Shown here piece by piece: positions 41,933 through 44,406 of a DNA stretch of 44,406 nucleotides (positions within the stretch are counted from its first letter, which is position 1; each line of letters opens with the position of its first letter). A model generated the notes under the pieces. That model saw only the letters and a program-made list of their open reading frames with translations. It had not been told where the DNA came from and did not search any database. A program made the translations under genes and the position numbers. Source of the DNA: Chrysochromulina tobinii (Eukaryota); the NCBI GenBank assembly GCA_001275005.1, contig JWZX01003019.1, forward strand, positions 1 through 44,406, read 5' to 3'.

Positions 41933-42020
41933 ACTTACCGGTTCAAAAACACCGGTGGGAGCCGGGACACACGCGGGACACACGGGACACACGGATCGAC
42001 ACAGACGAACCTCACAACCA
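41933..42020 (-). repeat. Dispersed ~90-bp repeat, copy 2 (inverted relative to 39223-39327)
   Basis: acttaccggttcaaaaacaccggtgggagccgggacacac...acagacgaacctcacaacca. Confidence 0.85.
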
Positions 42021-42589
42021 AACCGACTCAGTGCGTAGAGAGTCCCCCGCTCGACTCTGAGAGTGTTTGTCGTTATACACATATTGGACGGAGTTATATG
42101 CCGTGCCGCGGTGAGAGAGCCGCCCTGCGCGACCTCACACAGGCGCGTGGCACTAGCGCGACAAGACAGGCGACGCGGCCTTGCGCTTTCCACAGTACTG
42201 GTTAATTACCACTGATAATTCATGTATGGTATGTATCAAGCATGCATTCGCAGATCCACACCCACCCGCCGTCGCGCCCTGCTCGTTTCAGGGTTGCGCC
42301 TCCTCCCAAAGTTGCATTGCTCGCCCCAGAAGACAACCAATCTAGCGCTAAAGCGCTAGAACTCACCTTTCCAAGACGCGGCCGCGACTTCTGAGCGCAG
42401 AGATTACTCTAAGATTACTCCACCGTATCAACTCAGCCCGAGTTGAAAAGGCGCTCTCGTGGTCATAGATGATGATGAGCTCATCCGCGACGGTCCACTC
42501 AAGCTGATCCAACTTGTGGGGTGGGGGTTGACCAGCGGGATGCCGTTGTTGGAATGCCTGTGTCGCCAGCCTATTAGCTTACCGAGCTC

Positions 42590-42795
42590 CTGCTCCACGG
42601 CACGAGGTTCGGCGACATTGGGTGACAATCAGAAATAGGCATTCAGAGGCACTCTGCGAGGCGCTCAAAGACAGTCAGAGGCACTCCGCGAGTCACTCAG
42701 CGCGAGTCACTCAAAGGCACTCAGGGGCACTCAGAGGCACTCCGCGAGGTACTCGGCGAGGCACTCGGCGATGCACGCCAAGCCCGCCGTCGTAC
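42590..42795 (-). other. Probable intron with GAGTGCCTC decamer repeats, downstream of the DOMON/b561 stop codon
   Basis: Minus-strand ctg|GTACG donor and GCAG| acceptor enclosing the same satellite as intron 33264-33441. Confidence 0.6.
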
Positions 42796-42850
42796 CAGCG
42801 TCTCGACGAAGAAATTGAAGGCCACGCGCTTCTCGGTGCCGTCTCCGGGA

Positions 42851-44406
42851 TCACGCGGTAGCTTGAGAGGGAGCTACATCAAATTTATGAATGTGCACGG
42901 TAGAACCAGATGGTACCACATTCATAAATCTGCTGTTGAACGAAAATTTCCGCGGAGCTCGTCCGTTAGAGGCAATACGAAGGGCACGCAGGACACAGCA
43001 GCAGAAAGAAATTATGAGAACAGCTCCATAAGCGAAGTAGCCGGCGATTTCAATGGTACTCGACCCACTGGCACGTGCATACAATGGAAACGCGAGGAAG
43101 ATGCAGACGAACCCAAGTACTAATCCGCACCAGCCAGAGCCTTTGTGCAGGATCTCCCAAGCGAAGCGTCCGTAGGACTTATCTTCTCCTTTCTTTGGTG
43201 GATGTGGGCGGAAGAACGCATTGGCGGGTTGAAGAACGCCGATTCCCATGACCACCAAACCAAGGTAGCCGTGAATGGTATCGATGGCTCCAAACTCTGG
43301 CCGCGTTAGTGCAATAACAATGCCCGCAATCGCAACCAGTAAGCCAACGGATTGGAAACCTCGGTGCAGCTTGAACCAGAGGCCGTTATTGCTGAGCCTT
43401 GTCTTGAAGAGACGAGGAATCAGAGCTCCCACGGGGAGAACGACGCCCCATGAAGCCAGCATTAGCACGCCATGGATCAGCTGCCATTGATATGCGGAAA
43501 ACGACCGATCGACTGAGGTCCCACCGGAGGTCAGAGAGAGCTGCATGGTACCCGAACGCGAGTGATCAGAGATGGTGGGCATGTCTGAGAGCGCCCAGAT
43601 CAGCTTGAAACCCGCCTCAGCGTTGAAGTTCCGCGGTGCACTCCTCGCGTCCAGGGTGAACTTGATCGTCGTCGCTCCGTTCACACACGAAGCAGACGGG
43701 GCGTTCACGGAGAACGTGCTCGTCGCCGTCACGGACGTGGGCGTCTTGCCCCCCAGGAGATACGCGCCGACCGTTCCAGCTGCACCGCTGCTGCACCAGC
43801 CGATGACCGCTTCACTGCCCACCATGGCGCCATCGGAAGAGAAGCCGACGCCCACGTATCCTGCCATGCTCGCCCCCACCGCCGCCATACGGGTAAGGCT
43901 GCCATCGACCGCCCAGTGCAGGCTAAAGCCACCCTGGCTCACCATGCAAACGTAGCGCTCGGGGTCGTTGGCGAGGGTGGATGAGGTGCAGCCGGGCGTG
44001 AGACTTGACCCCGCCGGCGTGGAGATGACCAAGCTAGGAGGCTCCAAGACGACGACTGTCACACTGACGGCGCGAAACGCACTCTCCACCGCTGCGGCAG
44101 TCGGGAGCGCATCGCCGAGCGACTGGCGCACTGCGGCGACTTGGGCAGTAGTCGACGTGACCTCAAACGCAATGATGACTGAGGCGGCCGTCACCGCCGC
44201 ACTGACGGCAGACGGGTGCACCCCGGCGAGCAATGCGACACGCGCAGAGAGGGTCGCAAGGACAGAGCTTGGGAAGTCGCTCACCTCGCCGGAGAGCTTC
44301 AGGCGTAGCGTCACCACCGGGGCCGGGGGTGGGGGCAATGGACGCGCCCCTGGTAGTGGTGAGGGAGGCGGAGGCGTACGTGGAGTGGGCGCGGAAGGTG
44401 GGGGTG
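42851..44406 (-). CDS. DOMON + cytochrome b561 (CYBDOM) protein with a Pro-rich linker; 5' end lies beyond the window
   Basis: DOMON: GYVGVGFSSDGAMVGSEAVIG, LIWA...H. b561: HGVLMLASWG, WFKLHR, HGYLGL, QPANAFFRPH and WEILHK. The frame stays open to the window end. Confidence 0.88.
   Translation of the reverse strand, partial: PPPSAPTPRTPPPPSPLPGARPLPPPPAPVVTLRLKLSGEVSDFPSSVLATLSARVALLAGVHPSAVSAAVTAASVIIAFEVTSTTAQVAAVRQSLGDALPTAAAVESAFRAVSVTVVVLEPPSLVISTPAGSSLTPGCTSSTLANDPERYVCMVSQGGFSLHWAVDGSLTRMAAVGASMAGYVGVGFSSDGAMVGSEAVIGWCSSGAAGTVGAYLLGGKTPTSVTATSTFSVNAPSASCVNGATTIKFTLDARSAPRNFNAEAGFKLIWALSDMPTISDHSRSGTMQLSLTSGGTSVDRSFSAYQWQLIHGVLMLASWGVVLPVGALIPRLFKTRLSNNGLWFKLHRGFQSVGLLVAIAGIVIALTRPEFGAIDTIHGYLGLVVMGIGVLQPANAFFRPHPPKKGEDKSYGRFAWEILHKGSGWCGLVLGFVCIFLAFPLYARASGSSTIEIAGYFAYGAVLIISFCCCVLRALRIASNGRAPRKFSFNSRFMNVVPSGSTVHIHKFDVAPSQATA

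Noticed and set aside
1..44406. tRNA, rRNA or prokaryotic operon/defence features
   Set aside because: None were recognisable. Spliceosomal introns and eukaryote-specific genes (EMC6, RRP45, NF-Y) indicate a nuclear genome.

Overview
This is gene-dense, GC-rich eukaryotic nuclear DNA with short GT-AG introns. It is most consistent with a haptophyte alga such as Chrysochromulina/Prymnesiophyceae; this is an inference from gene content, intron style and TTAGGG-like repeats. About 25 protein-coding loci are present, many in head-to-head pairs. They include an FABP-like domain protein, an L-galactose-dehydrogenase-like aldo/keto reductase, a bestrophin, an EF-hand protein, an EGF+exostosin (GT47) protein, a PDZ+PX protein, a HAD-IIA hydrolase, DedA/TVP38, a PDI-like protein, a frameshifted cathepsin B, EMC6, a large coiled-coil protein, an Ifi-6-16-like protein, RRP45, a disrupted methyltransferase, a GT77-like transferase, a SMYD-like SET protein and a partial DOMON-cytochrome b561. 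The standout is the locus at 32406-35167. It lines up a RING/U-box-like domain, an NF-YC histone fold, an NF-YA subunit-binding and CCAAT-binding motif, a poly-Q/H tract and an NF-YB histone fold, so all three subunits of the normally heterotrimeric NF-Y factor appear to sit in one gene. NF-YA and NF-YB share one stop-free frame; joining NF-YC needs a 1-nt shift or an alternative splice acceptor. Other signals include an intron-restricted ~10-bp satellite, (TCAAG)n tracts upstream of genes, and an inverted pair of ~100-bp repeats flanking two genes. All domain calls are by eye from motifs; no database search was run.
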